DNA of 23,978 bases, from the IMG/VR virus record IMGVR_UViG_2600254997_000020, positions 1 through 23,978 of that record; one strand, given 5' to 3'. The notes beneath the pieces are model-generated. The model ran no database searches, was not told the DNA's origin, and saw nothing but the letters and a program-made list of their open reading frames with translations. Of the stretch, positions 1 through 11,361 are shown piece after piece. How positions within the stretch are numbered: position 1 is the stretch's first letter; each line of letters begins with the position of its first letter. This stretch comes from a virus (Duplodnaviria > Heunggongvirae > Uroviricota > Caudoviricetes). A program made the translations under genes and the position numbers.

Positions 1-54
1 CGCTACGCCTGATGAATCCCCTAATGATTTTTATCAAAATCATTAAGTTAAGGT

Positions 55-123
55 AGATACACATCTTGTCATATGATCAAATGGTTTCGCCAAAAATCAA
101 TAATCAGACAACAAAATGTGCGA
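55..123 (-). ncRNA. IS10 RNA-OUT antisense RNA (approximate coordinates)
   Basis: Placed from established IS10 biology: pOUT reads toward the outside end and overlaps the 5' end of the transposase mRNA. With the transposase ATG at IS10 bp 108 (window 116), the roughly 69-nt RNA-OUT maps here. Not independently verified in the sequence. Confidence 0.4.
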
Positions 124-1322
124 ACTCGATATTTTACACGACTCTCTTTACCAATTCTGCCCCGAATTACACTTAAAACGACTCAACAGCTTAACGTTGG
201 CTTGCCACGCATTACTTGACTGTAAAACTCTCACTCTTACCGAACTTGGCCGTAACCTGCCAACCAAAGCGAGAACAAAACATAACATCAAACGAATCGA
301 CCGATTGTTAGGTAATCGTCACCTCCACAAAGAGCGACTCGCTGTATACCGTTGGCATGCTAGCTTTATCTGTTCGGGCAATACGATGCCCATTGTACTT
401 GTTGACTGGTCTGATATCCGTGAGCAAAACGGCTTATGGTATTGCGAGCTTCAGTCGCACTACACGGTCGTTCTGTTACTCTTTATGAGAAAGCGTTCCC
501 GCTTTCAGAGCAATGTTCAAAGAAGCTCATGACCAATTTCTAGCCGACCTTGCGAGCATTCTACCGAGTAACACCACACCGCTCATTGTCAGTGATGCTG
601 GCTTTAAAGTGCCATGGTATAAATCCGTTGAGAAGCTGGGTTGGTACTGGTTAAGTCGAGTAAGAGGAAAAGTACAATATGCAGACCTAGGAGCGGAAAA
701 CTGGAAACCTATCAGCAACTTACATGATATGTCATCTAGTCACTCAAAGACTTTAGGCTATAAGAGGCTGACTAAAAGCAATCCAATCTCATGCCAAATT
801 CTATTGTATAAATCTCGCTCTAAAGGCCGAAAAAATCAGCGCTCGACACGGACTCATTGTCACCACCCGTCACCTAAAATCTACTCAGCGTCGGCAAAGG
901 AGCCATGGGTTCTAGCAACTAACTTACCTGTTGAAATTCGAACACCCAAACAACTTGTTAATATCTATTCGAAGCGAATGCAGATTGAAGAAACCTTCCG
1001 AGACTTGAAAAGTCCTGCCTACGGACTAGGCCTACGCCATAGCCGAACGAGCAGCTCAGAGCGTTTTGATATCATGCTGCTAATCGCCCTGATGCTTCAA
1101 CTAACATGCTGGCTTGCGGGCGTTCATGCTCAGAAACAAGGTTGGGACAAGCACTTCCAGGCTAACACAGTCAGAAATCGAAACGTACTCTCAACAGTTC
1201 GCTTAGGCATGGAAGTTTTGCGGCATTCTGGCTACACAATAACAAGGGAAGACTCACTCGTGGCTGCAACCCTGCTTACTCAAAATCTATTCACACATGG
1301 TTACGTTTTGGGGAAATTATGA
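116..1322 (+). pseudogene. IS10 transposase, reading frame interrupted by two single-base deletions (about 426-429 and 518-526)
   Basis: ORFs 116..532 and 513..1322 together match the IS10 transposase. The frame is lost between ...WSDIREQ and ...KKAHDQFLADL. The second break is at a position where the right copy is intact. Confidence 0.85.
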
Positions 1323-4300
1323 GGGGATCTCTCAGTACCAAGCACCCATTTTGCAATTGACGACTTCAGCGCGCCGTCACGGCGATCCGGGTAAACCGCA
1401 TGCTTCAGTGGGTCCGTATAGGTACCAACAAAATCGATGCTATAGCCTGACTCTGTAGTCTGAACGCCGTATGAGTCAGTGATTTTGATCATGCCGCGCT
1501 GCTGGAAACGGTAGAAATCGTCACAGGAAATGATGTCGTTAATCCCGGCGATGGAGACGCCACCACTGATTTTCTGCATAACAGCATCTTCATCGGGAGT
1601 TACATCAACCTGTTTATCCAGCGTCTTCACATCCCAGTTACCCGATTTGGTGCCTTTGAAGGTAAAGATGATCTCCACGTCTGCGCGCTGGCTGTCGAAG
1701 TCCAGCGACTTAATGCGAACGATATCACCGGCACAATCATAGTATTGGCCTACACGCCATGAGCGATCGCCGATAACAAGGAACTCATTCGCATGGTTAA
1801 CCAGATCAGGATCAACATCCAGAATGCCTTTATTTATTGCATCCTCCACCAGCGGGCGCAGGCGTTTGATATCCGTCGCGGCCTTCTGAGTACGGTTCAA
1901 TAATTTCTCATAGCGGGAGATGGCCTGAGAGATATTAGCCTTGCGCTGAATGGCGCTTTTCAACGACGCGCGATACTGTGCTAACAACGTACGGTCTGTG
2001 TGATGGACGCTACCCCAGCGGGCTTTCCAGTCTGCGTTATCAGCTGCTTTGGCCATTACCGCCTGTTTGAATTTGGCGACGTCGGCGGTGGTCTTTTCAA
2101 GTTCCGCTTTGCTTCGCTCTAATTCAGCGGTAAGCACCTCCACATCCTCACCAGCTGCGTGCTGCGCCTTGATGTAGTTCTGAAGGTCGATAGTAGCCTG
2201 TTCTTTCTGGCGAGCGCGTTGCGCGGCTTTCGCCTTATCCATTTGAACCTGCATCATTGCCAGACGTTCGCCATCATCCTTAGCGGTATACATCTGCATT
2301 TCGATCATATCGTTGGCGTCGGCGTTCTCCATTTCTGACTTATCTGAACGGAGGATATCGGAGATCCAGCCTGCTTTACGCTTCAGCGTCTTCAGTCGGT
2401 ATTCATCGAAAGAACCCTTGCCGCAGTAGTAGTGAACGCGAACGCTTGCACGGTTGGAGCCAACTCGGGCACCGCGACCGTTTCGTTGCGCAATACTGGC
2501 TGGAGTCCATGGCAACGTCAGATGATGGATGTCAGTCGTTCCTCGATGCAGGTTGATACCCACCTCTGCCTTTTTGTTGCAGATGATGATCGGAGTCCGG
2601 CCCTCCTGGAAGTCGGCTGCAATCTTTTCCAGACCGCCCAACGACATTTCATTTTGCTGCGCGATATAGGCGTCATACAGAGCCATTTGCTCGTTGTATT
2701 TCGCTATCTGTGCATCTGTTGGTTCATCCGGTAACTCTTTCGGCGGTTTAACCGCTTTCAGTTTCTTACCGGTTTTACCTGCCTCGGCAACCGTCTGAGC
2801 ATTCAGTATCCCCACCTTTGAAGGTTCAAGGTTAAGAGCATTGCAGATAATGCGCTTGAGCTTCTGGTGCTGCGTTTTTTCATCGGTGAAGATGATTTGC
2901 TTCCCTTCCGGGAAAAACTCCTTCAGCGTGGCAATCAGCTTCGCGTATTTGGGCGTAACGGGGTGAGTTACGGTCTGTTCGTCAATGCCAAACCTGGCCA
3001 GGCGCTTATTCACTTCCTGCTCGAACGCTTCCGGAACCTGCAACTGAATAAACTCGCCCTTATCTATCAGGGAGTATTGCGATTGCTGCGTGATTGAATC
3101 ATCACTGTCGTCGTCTTCGCTGGTGGCTTGTTTAGGCAAACTGTCTGCCAGCTGCTGCACCGCATCGGCGTACTCCGGCAGGAAACGATAGGTGATCCGG
3201 CGATAGTACAGGTCCATGTCAGTACATACGCGGTCCATATCCCTGATTATTGAGAAGATCGGACGGGCTTTCTCGTGCTCAATCACGCCGTCTTCATTGA
3301 CCGAGGTCGTTACACCATTGTTGGCTTTGGCCGCCGCTTCCGCCTGCTGACGCAATTCTTCATACGCCGCCAGTTGTTCTTCAGTAAGTGGTGCATCCTG
3401 CTGGTGTTCGTCCAGTTCCGGGATCTCCACGGTATCCTTAACGTCTTCCGCTGTTTTAAGCGTTGTCCAGCGATGGAATATGCCGCGCAGCGCATCAAGG
3501 TTTTCAAAACCCACCAGCGCCATTTTTTCTTCAACTTCGCCGCTGATTTTCTGTACCGTTTCCAGCCTGGTCTTGCCGAAGAATTTTACGAAGTCATCAG
3601 GACTGTAGATCCCCATCTTCTGCCAGTATTCCTTCGGCAGAACATGAGAAAGCATGTTGTATGCATCGATCGGGGTGTTAACGACTGGTGTTGCAGTCAG
3701 GAGAACCGGTCCGCGCCCGCCATTCTTTTTCATCAAGTACGCGTTTTTGATTGCCATATCTCGCGCCGATTGCGCCACCGCGCTGGTGGGCAGATAGGCC
3801 AGCTGTGACGCTTCGCGACCATTTTTATAGCTATTGCGGTAGTTGTGGCCTTCGTCAGCAATCACGCTGTCGAAGCCCATATCCTCAAAGTACGGATACT
3901 TCTCTGCTTTTTCGGTACCGGTATCTGAATACTCCGACAATACCCGGCGACGCGCCGCCTCTTTGCGGTGGGAGTCGGAGTCCATTGCGCTGGCTACGCG
4001 CCCGGCGGCAACGAAGTCATAAAGCATGTCTTGTGCATGCTCATCTACGGTGTCATCACGTAGCGGAATGCGGGCGTATTGTTCTTTGGTAAACACGACT
4101 GCACGGTAATTTGAGTGCGGGATCGCGTTCATCCGCGCCGTGATAGTGGCTTCATCTGCCAGCTTAAGAGCATCGCGCATAACTGGAGTGCCATCAGTAC
4201 CAAGAACAGGTTTACCGTTCTCATTGAGCACCGGCACCTGGCGAATCTGATCGCCATCCATCAGCACATCAAGACCGACGAACAAGTAGTTACTGAATGC

Positions 4301-7009
4301 CTCTTCACTCAGGAATTCTTTTGCTTCGTAATACCAATTTTCCAGCACTGATTTAGGCACTACATACGCAGTACGGGTGGAGCGACCGTTCTCATAGTTG
4401 AACGCCTCAAGCGCCAGCGCGGTCGTGGTTTTACCCAGCCCGGTGCCGAAGCCTAGGATGCCGCGCCCATCTTCGGACAGTCGGCGCACCTCGCTATTCT
4501 GGTAATCAAATGGCTGGCGCTTACCGCTTAATCCCTTCAACCCAAGCGGATCGCCAGAGTGTTCATACGGGATATTGCTATTGAACACATCGTTGTATTT
4601 GGCAACCAGCTCATCGTAGCGATCGTGCGTCTTGATCCACTTATTGAACTGGTCCTCAAGCAGTGCCATCTGCTCGCGGTAGCCGTTCGCCGTCGCGCTA
4701 TCTTTGCCACCGATACGCGCACCATTGAGATACTTTTCCAGCTGTGCCGGGAACCCGGTCGCGTTTTCACCTGATTTACGGTCCCACTCGTAGCGAATCT
4801 CACCTGTTTCTTTATCCTTGCGCTGGACGACACCGTATCGGTGCCCGACGAACAGACCATCACCACCGTGATAGGTGTCAGAAACCATTTCGTCGCCTTC
4901 CAGCTGCACTGACTGCACATAGCGCAGATCCGGATAGCCGTTTTCCTGCAAAAATTCCAGAATGACGGAACGGTCGAACCAACGGCTATTGAGCTTAAAC
5001 CGGATATTCTCTGCTGGCGTCTTGATGCGCTTCTCTTCGATAGCTGCCAGCTGATTAAGGACGTTGTTCTTTACTGGACCGTCGGGGAGTGTGGCGAGGA
5101 ATTCCTGTTTTGGAGCCACTATCTCGTTAATGTCGCCGCTGGTGGCGCGGGCGAACGGAACAATCCCGCCATACGGTGAAACCGCAATACCAGGGGTGCT
5201 GGCCAATAAATTAAGCAACTCTTCATCACTGGCTGGCAGTTCGCCGGTAAACGCAAGGCGGAAATCATCGAGCTGGATTGGATCGCGGGTGAGATCGCTA
5301 TAGAGATAACGCAGGGTGTCCTGATAGCTGGTGGAGTCATAACTTGCGCTGGAATCATGCGTAACCAGCTTCCCTGTCAGCTCGTCAGAAATAGTGCCAT
5401 CCAGCTTAATTGCACCACGGAAAGCAAACCAGGCGCGCGCACCGCTCCCCGACAATTTCGCTATCGGACCGCGACCGGGGTTACCAAAACGGTCAATCTC
5501 TGCCTGCAAACGGGATACCAGAGAAAGGCGCTGCTGTTCGATTTGTTCAGCACTATGCCCGGCGGCCTTCATGTCCTGATATTCAATTAACATCCGGCCA
5601 ATCATCGCCCCGCGATACAAGCGTTCACGGTATTTTTCAGGCTGGCTGTTAATCCAGTCCACCAGCTGCACCATATCGTCGCTGATTGATGTGGTGTACT
5701 TATCGCGGACATTTGCCATCTGGGTAAATGTCATGCCGAGACGGCCTTCTGTTGTAGTCAGGTTACGCTGAAGAGCCTCCCAGCTATCCGCGCCATAACT
5801 GGCAGCATCGATCTTAAGTTCCTTCCCGGCATCAGCTTCAATCCAGCGACCACCAGCATATTTTTGCCATACGCCATTAATCAGGCGCATTTCCCCTTCA
5901 CCAACAACGTCTGCGGTCGGTGACGGTTCAGCCATATCGAGCAAAGACCAGTCGATACGGCTTTCGAAACGATGAATCAGCTTCGCTTTAAGAGCCTGGT
6001 TATCAATCTGACCGTCGGCACGAACCTCAATACGCCCCTGGAAGCCCTTTTCCTGGGTGCCATGAACAAACCGGCGGCCGTCCTTTTCAAACCACTTGCC
6101 AGAAATAAACGTTGGCCAAAGCACATTTGCCGATTCGAGAGTGCTTTCATCCACCAGGGGGATTTTCTCAGCCATCTCTGCCGGATGTTTGCGCATCAGC
6201 ACCACATCAACAACTGTACTGGTCCCGTTTGCGTCAAAAGTACCGGTAGGCAAGCGGTGGGCACCAAGAAATTCAGCTTTCCGTGATAGGCGCAGGCGTA
6301 ACCGCTTCATGTTTGAACCTGAAACAATGGACGGCGGCACAATCACGCACATGAATCCGCCTGGCTTTATCTTGTCCAGCATGCGGAGCATGAAGTAAGA
6401 ACCCATGTCCGTTTCTTCTGCGTAAGGCTTATCGATGTTGCGTGTGTTATCACGACCACCGAACGGAACGTTACCCACAACATGGTCGAATGAATCGTTA
6501 GGCGTGCTTACAGCCAGTTGTTCGAACGGAGAAATCTGTACGCTGTCTTCCGGGTGCAACAGCTGGTTTATACGACCGGAAACACTGCTGATCTCAGTCG
6601 CGGTCATCACCGTACCAACCGGTTTTGTCTCATTAAAAACGCCGGTTCCCGCCGATGGTTCCAGAGTGTTACCTACGTCCGCGCCGTAGAGCTTCATGAT
6701 CTCCCAGACACCTTCAGCGATCGGCTTTGGTGTGTAATATTCGGAGACGGACCCGCCAATGCCGCCTTCGCCGGTGTACCCAGCCAGGATCTGGCGCTGT
6801 TCATCTGTCAGTGTCGCGCCGTCCACCAGCGAATTAAGCAAATCTATCGCCTTCTGATTCGCCTCCCGGCGTAGTCGGTCATAGCTTTTGCCTTCCACCT
6901 TTTCCACGCCGTATCTAATCGGCGCTCGGTGAGATGTTATTGCACTAATGTATTTCAATATTTCGCTGACACTTGAACAGCGAAACACCCCCATAGATAG
7001 CTTGTTCAT
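1301..7009 (-). CDS. darB: DarB-like antirestriction protein: N6-adenine methyltransferase fused to a superfamily-2 (DExH) helicase; C-terminus truncated by IS10
   Basis: 1902-aa ORF, ATG at 7009 with AAGGA upstream. SAM-binding motif LEPSAGTGVF (res 116-125) and NVPFGG (res 180-185, NPPF/Y-like motif IV). Helicase Walker A GFGTGLGKTTT (res 853-863), DEGH (res 1052-1055), TATP (res 1105-1108), QRNGRGARVG (res 1508-1517). The last 11 codons and the stop are IS10 inside-end sequence. Confidence 0.8.
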   Translation of the reverse strand: MNKLSMGVFRCSSVSEILKYISAITSHRAPIRYGVEKVEGKSYDRLRREANQKAIDLLNSLVDGATLTDEQRQILAGYTGEGGIGGSVSEYYTPKPIAEGVWEIMKLYGADVGNTLEPSAGTGVFNETKPVGTVMTATEISSVSGRINQLLHPEDSVQISPFEQLAVSTPNDSFDHVVGNVPFGGRDNTRNIDKPYAEETDMGSYFMLRMLDKIKPGGFMCVIVPPSIVSGSNMKRLRLRLSRKAEFLGAHRLPTGTFDANGTSTVVDVVLMRKHPAEMAEKIPLVDESTLESANVLWPTFISGKWFEKDGRRFVHGTQEKGFQGRIEVRADGQIDNQALKAKLIHRFESRIDWSLLDMAEPSPTADVVGEGEMRLINGVWQKYAGGRWIEADAGKELKIDAASYGADSWEALQRNLTTTEGRLGMTFTQMANVRDKYTTSISDDMVQLVDWINSQPEKYRERLYRGAMIGRMLIEYQDMKAAGHSAEQIEQQRLSLVSRLQAEIDRFGNPGRGPIAKLSGSGARAWFAFRGAIKLDGTISDELTGKLVTHDSSASYDSTSYQDTLRYLYSDLTRDPIQLDDFRLAFTGELPASDEELLNLLASTPGIAVSPYGGIVPFARATSGDINEIVAPKQEFLATLPDGPVKNNVLNQLAAIEEKRIKTPAENIRFKLNSRWFDRSVILEFLQENGYPDLRYVQSVQLEGDEMVSDTYHGGDGLFVGHRYGVVQRKDKETGEIRYEWDRKSGENATGFPAQLEKYLNGARIGGKDSATANGYREQMALLEDQFNKWIKTHDRYDELVAKYNDVFNSNIPYEHSGDPLGLKGLSGKRQPFDYQNSEVRRLSEDGRGILGFGTGLGKTTTALALEAFNYENGRSTRTAYVVPKSVLENWYYEAKEFLSEEAFSNYLFVGLDVLMDGDQIRQVPVLNENGKPVLGTDGTPVMRDALKLADEATITARMNAIPHSNYRAVVFTKEQYARIPLRDDTVDEHAQDMLYDFVAAGRVASAMDSDSHRKEAARRRVLSEYSDTGTEKAEKYPYFEDMGFDSVIADEGHNYRNSYKNGREASQLAYLPTSAVAQSARDMAIKNAYLMKKNGGRGPVLLTATPVVNTPIDAYNMLSHVLPKEYWQKMGIYSPDDFVKFFGKTRLETVQKISGEVEEKMALVGFENLDALRGIFHRWTTLKTAEDVKDTVEIPELDEHQQDAPLTEEQLAAYEELRQQAEAAAKANNGVTTSVNEDGVIEHEKARPIFSIIRDMDRVCTDMDLYYRRITYRFLPEYADAVQQLADSLPKQATSEDDDSDDSITQQSQYSLIDKGEFIQLQVPEAFEQEVNKRLARFGIDEQTVTHPVTPKYAKLIATLKEFFPEGKQIIFTDEKTQHQKLKRIICNALNLEPSKVGILNAQTVAEAGKTGKKLKAVKPPKELPDEPTDAQIAKYNEQMALYDAYIAQQNEMSLGGLEKIAADFQEGRTPIIICNKKAEVGINLHRGTTDIHHLTLPWTPASIAQRNGRGARVGSNRASVRVHYYCGKGSFDEYRLKTLKRKAGWISDILRSDKSEMENADANDMIEMQMYTAKDDGERLAMMQVQMDKAKAAQRARQKEQATIDLQNYIKAQHAAGEDVEVLTAELERSKAELEKTTADVAKFKQAVMAKAADNADWKARWGSVHHTDRTLLAQYRASLKSAIQRKANISQAISRYEKLLNRTQKAATDIKRLRPLVEDAINKGILDVDPDLVNHANEFLVIGDRSWRVGQYYDCAGDIVRIKSLDFDSQRADVEIIFTFKGTKSGNWDVKTLDKQVDVTPDEDAVMQKISGGVSIAGINDIISCDDFYRFQQRGMIKITDSYGVQTTESGYSIDFVGTYTDPLKHAVYPDRRDGALKSSIAKWVLGTERSPHNFPKT

Positions 7010-9807
<2,798 letters not shown>

Positions 9808-9812
9808 CCACC

Positions 9813-9846
9813 AAAAATAACCCCGGCAGCTGCCGGGGTTCTCGTT
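9813..9846. terminator. Bidirectional rho-independent terminator between convergent pro and lyz transcripts
   Basis: Perfect 18-bp palindrome CCCCGGCAGCTGCCGGGG (9821-9838), flanked by AAAAATAA upstream and TTCTCGTT downstream. The minus-strand reading has the better U-tract (TTATTTTTGG). Confidence 0.6.
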
Positions 9847-9851
9847 AACTA

Positions 9852-10100
9852 TTATCGCCTTCGTGCCATATATTTGCGCACCGCGCGGCGTGGACAATCT
9901 GAAGCGGTTTCTTTCTGCTGCATCAATCTCGCAGCCATGCTCAAAAATGTCAGGCACAGCCGAAGCCCGGCATACAATAGCGGTTCCAGTGGCCACGTCT
10001 CATTGAGCACATATACCGCCATGAAAATCGAGTCAAAAACTATCGCCGCCAGCGATAACTTCATTGTCGAAAGTCGGCGGAGCTGCCGGAGTTTATTCAT
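9852..10100 (-). CDS. Hypothetical small two-helix membrane protein, translationally coupled to lyz
   Basis: ATG at 10098-10100 overlaps the lyz stop (ATGAATAA). Two hydrophobic stretches (LSLAAIVFDSIFMAVYVL, LLYAGLRLCLTFLSMAARL). Followed by the terminator at 9821-9838. Weak RBS. Confidence 0.3.
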   Translation of the reverse strand: MNKLRQLRRLSTMKLSLAAIVFDSIFMAVYVLNETWPLEPLLYAGLRLCLTFLSMAARLMQQKETASDCPRRAVRKYMARRR

Positions 10101-10650
10101 TGACAAGCCCCGTCAGGCAAAGCTGGCGTTCTTTTTCACGGCGAATCTTTAAACCTCGCAGGGGCACGCCGTTACTGTTCACGAAATCAGGGAGATGGTT
10201 ACACATATTCACCCATTCCCCTTTCTGCGCCCACTTGTGGATGGACGTTTCTACTCGCATGCCTCGCGCTTTGCTGTAGTAGGTCCGTAAGCTATTGCAT
10301 CCCATATTGAATGCCGCGCTTGTCATTGCACTGAAGGCATTATCGGGCATGTCTTTGCCCCGGAAGTGCTGATTAATACAGCGTTCAGCGATCAGGATAT
10401 TCTTTTCCCAATCAGCGGCGATTTGCTGGTCGGTTTTTCGCACACCCGGCGTTACCCCGTGTGTATTACCGATCCCGTCAGTCCATACCCCCGCCGGGCA
10501 CATGTATGGATCACGTCGGCAACCTTCAGCGTTACCAATCAGCTCAAGCCCCGCCTGGTTGGTTCGCACATTGCCATTACCCATCACGATGGTAATCATC
10601 ACCGCGATAGCGCAAATTGCACCGCCTCCTGCGGCTGTTTTTCCCTTCAT
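10093..10650 (-). CDS. lyz: SAR (signal-arrest-release) endolysin, P1 Lyz-like lysozyme
   Basis: Start taken at internal ATG (10650) giving MKGKTAAGGGAICAIAVMITIVMGNGNV..., a Gly/Ala-rich SAR N-terminus, followed by a lysozyme-like catalytic region (LELIGNAEGCRRDPYMCPAGVWTDGIGNTHGV). The track ORF begins 33 codons upstream. Confidence 0.9.
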   Translation of the reverse strand: MKGKTAAGGGAICAIAVMITIVMGNGNVRTNQAGLELIGNAEGCRRDPYMCPAGVWTDGIGNTHGVTPGVRKTDQQIAADWEKNILIAERCINQHFRGKDMPDNAFSAMTSAAFNMGCNSLRTYYSKARGMRVETSIHKWAQKGEWVNMCNHLPDFVNSNGVPLRGLKIRREKERQLCLTGLVNE

Positions 10651-10819
10651 AAAGACCTCATAAGCGAATTTTTTACGCTCCAGGACAAACACCCATTCAC
10701 AGCCAATACCGACTGACTCGATCCCTTTAGAAGGCACAGGATAATGCAAATCACTTGTTAGCTACGTTTCAAAGATATACATTATTGCTCTAATTAATTT
10801 ATTTTATTAGGTAAGATAA

Positions 10820-11308
10820 GTGGCACAACGCGGTGTAAACAAAGTCATCCTGATTGGTACCCTGGGGCAAGACCCGGAGATCAGGTATATACCAAATGGC
10901 GGAGCGGTCGGAAGACTCAGCATCGCAACGAATGAATCATGGCGCGACAAGCAAACGGGCCAACAGAAAGAGCAAACAGAATGGCATAGAGTCGTTTTGT
11001 TCGGGAAACTTGCTGAAATTGCGAGTGAGTATTTACGAAAAGGTTCTCAGGTCTACATCGAAGGGAAACTTAAAACCCGTAAGTGGACAGATGACGCCGG
11101 TGTAGAACGTTACACGACGGAAATTATCGTCAGCCAGGGCGGAACTATGCAAATGATCGGCGCCCGCCGCGACGATTCACAGTCCTCAAATGGCTGGGGG
11201 CAATCAAACCAACCTCAAAACCACCAGCAATACAGCGGTGGCGGCAAACCTCAGAGCAGCGCCAATAACGAACCTCCAATGGACTTTGACGACGATATTC
11301 CGTTTTAG
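10820..11308 (+). CDS. ssb: Single-stranded DNA-binding protein
   Basis: 162 aa, very similar to E. coli SSB in the N-terminal OB fold ([19 protein letters not shown]...[32 protein letters not shown]), Gly/Gln-rich linker and acidic tail [12 protein letters not shown] start. Confidence 0.95.
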   Translation: MAQRGVNKVILIGTLGQDPEIRYIPNGGAVGRLSIATNESWRDKQTGQQKEQTEWHRVVLFGKLAEIASEYLRKGSQVYIEGKLKTRKWTDDAGVERYTTEIIVSQGGTMQMIGARRDDSQSSNGWGQSNQPQNHQQYSGGGKPQSSANNEPPMDFDDDIPF

Positions 11309-11353
11309 AGTTAACTTGTGAGTTATTTGTAAATAGTTCATACACAGGCCCCT

Positions 11354-11361
11354 GTTAATAC
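11354..11361. repeat. Target-site duplication (left copy) of the IS50-like element, GTTAATAC
   Basis: Identical 8-mer immediately flanks both ends of the element (11354-11361 and 12913-12920). Confidence 0.6.

Larger units (their letters stand above)
9..1335 (+). mobile_element. IS10 (IS4 family), left copy, complete; outside end at window left, inside end facing the interior
   Basis: Starts CTGATGAATCCCCTAATGATTTT (IS10 outside end) at 9 and ends ...ATGAGGGGATCTCTCAG (inside end) at 1335. Encodes the IS10 transposase (MCELDILHDSLYQFCPELHLKRLN...). Length about 1327 bp, against 1329 bp recalled for IS10. Confidence 0.95.

Noticed and set aside
116-1322. Programmed ribosomal frameshifting as the explanation for the split IS10 and IS50-like transposase frames
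   Set aside because: IS10 and IS50 transposases are single-ORF proteins, not IS3-type fusion proteins. The break points differ between the two IS10 copies and no slippery heptamer is present.
2432-6874. Numerous plus-strand ORFs of 60-180 aa inside the darB-like gene (for example 3275..3808, 2432..2734, 6518..6874)
   Set aside because: They lie antisense to, and entirely within, a continuous 5.7 kb ORF with clear methyltransferase and helicase motifs. No RBS or motif support; typical shadow ORFs.
9874-10152. 92-aa plus-strand ORF overlapping the lyz 3' end
   Set aside because: Antisense to lyz and to the small membrane ORF; no RBS, and composition consistent with a shadow frame.
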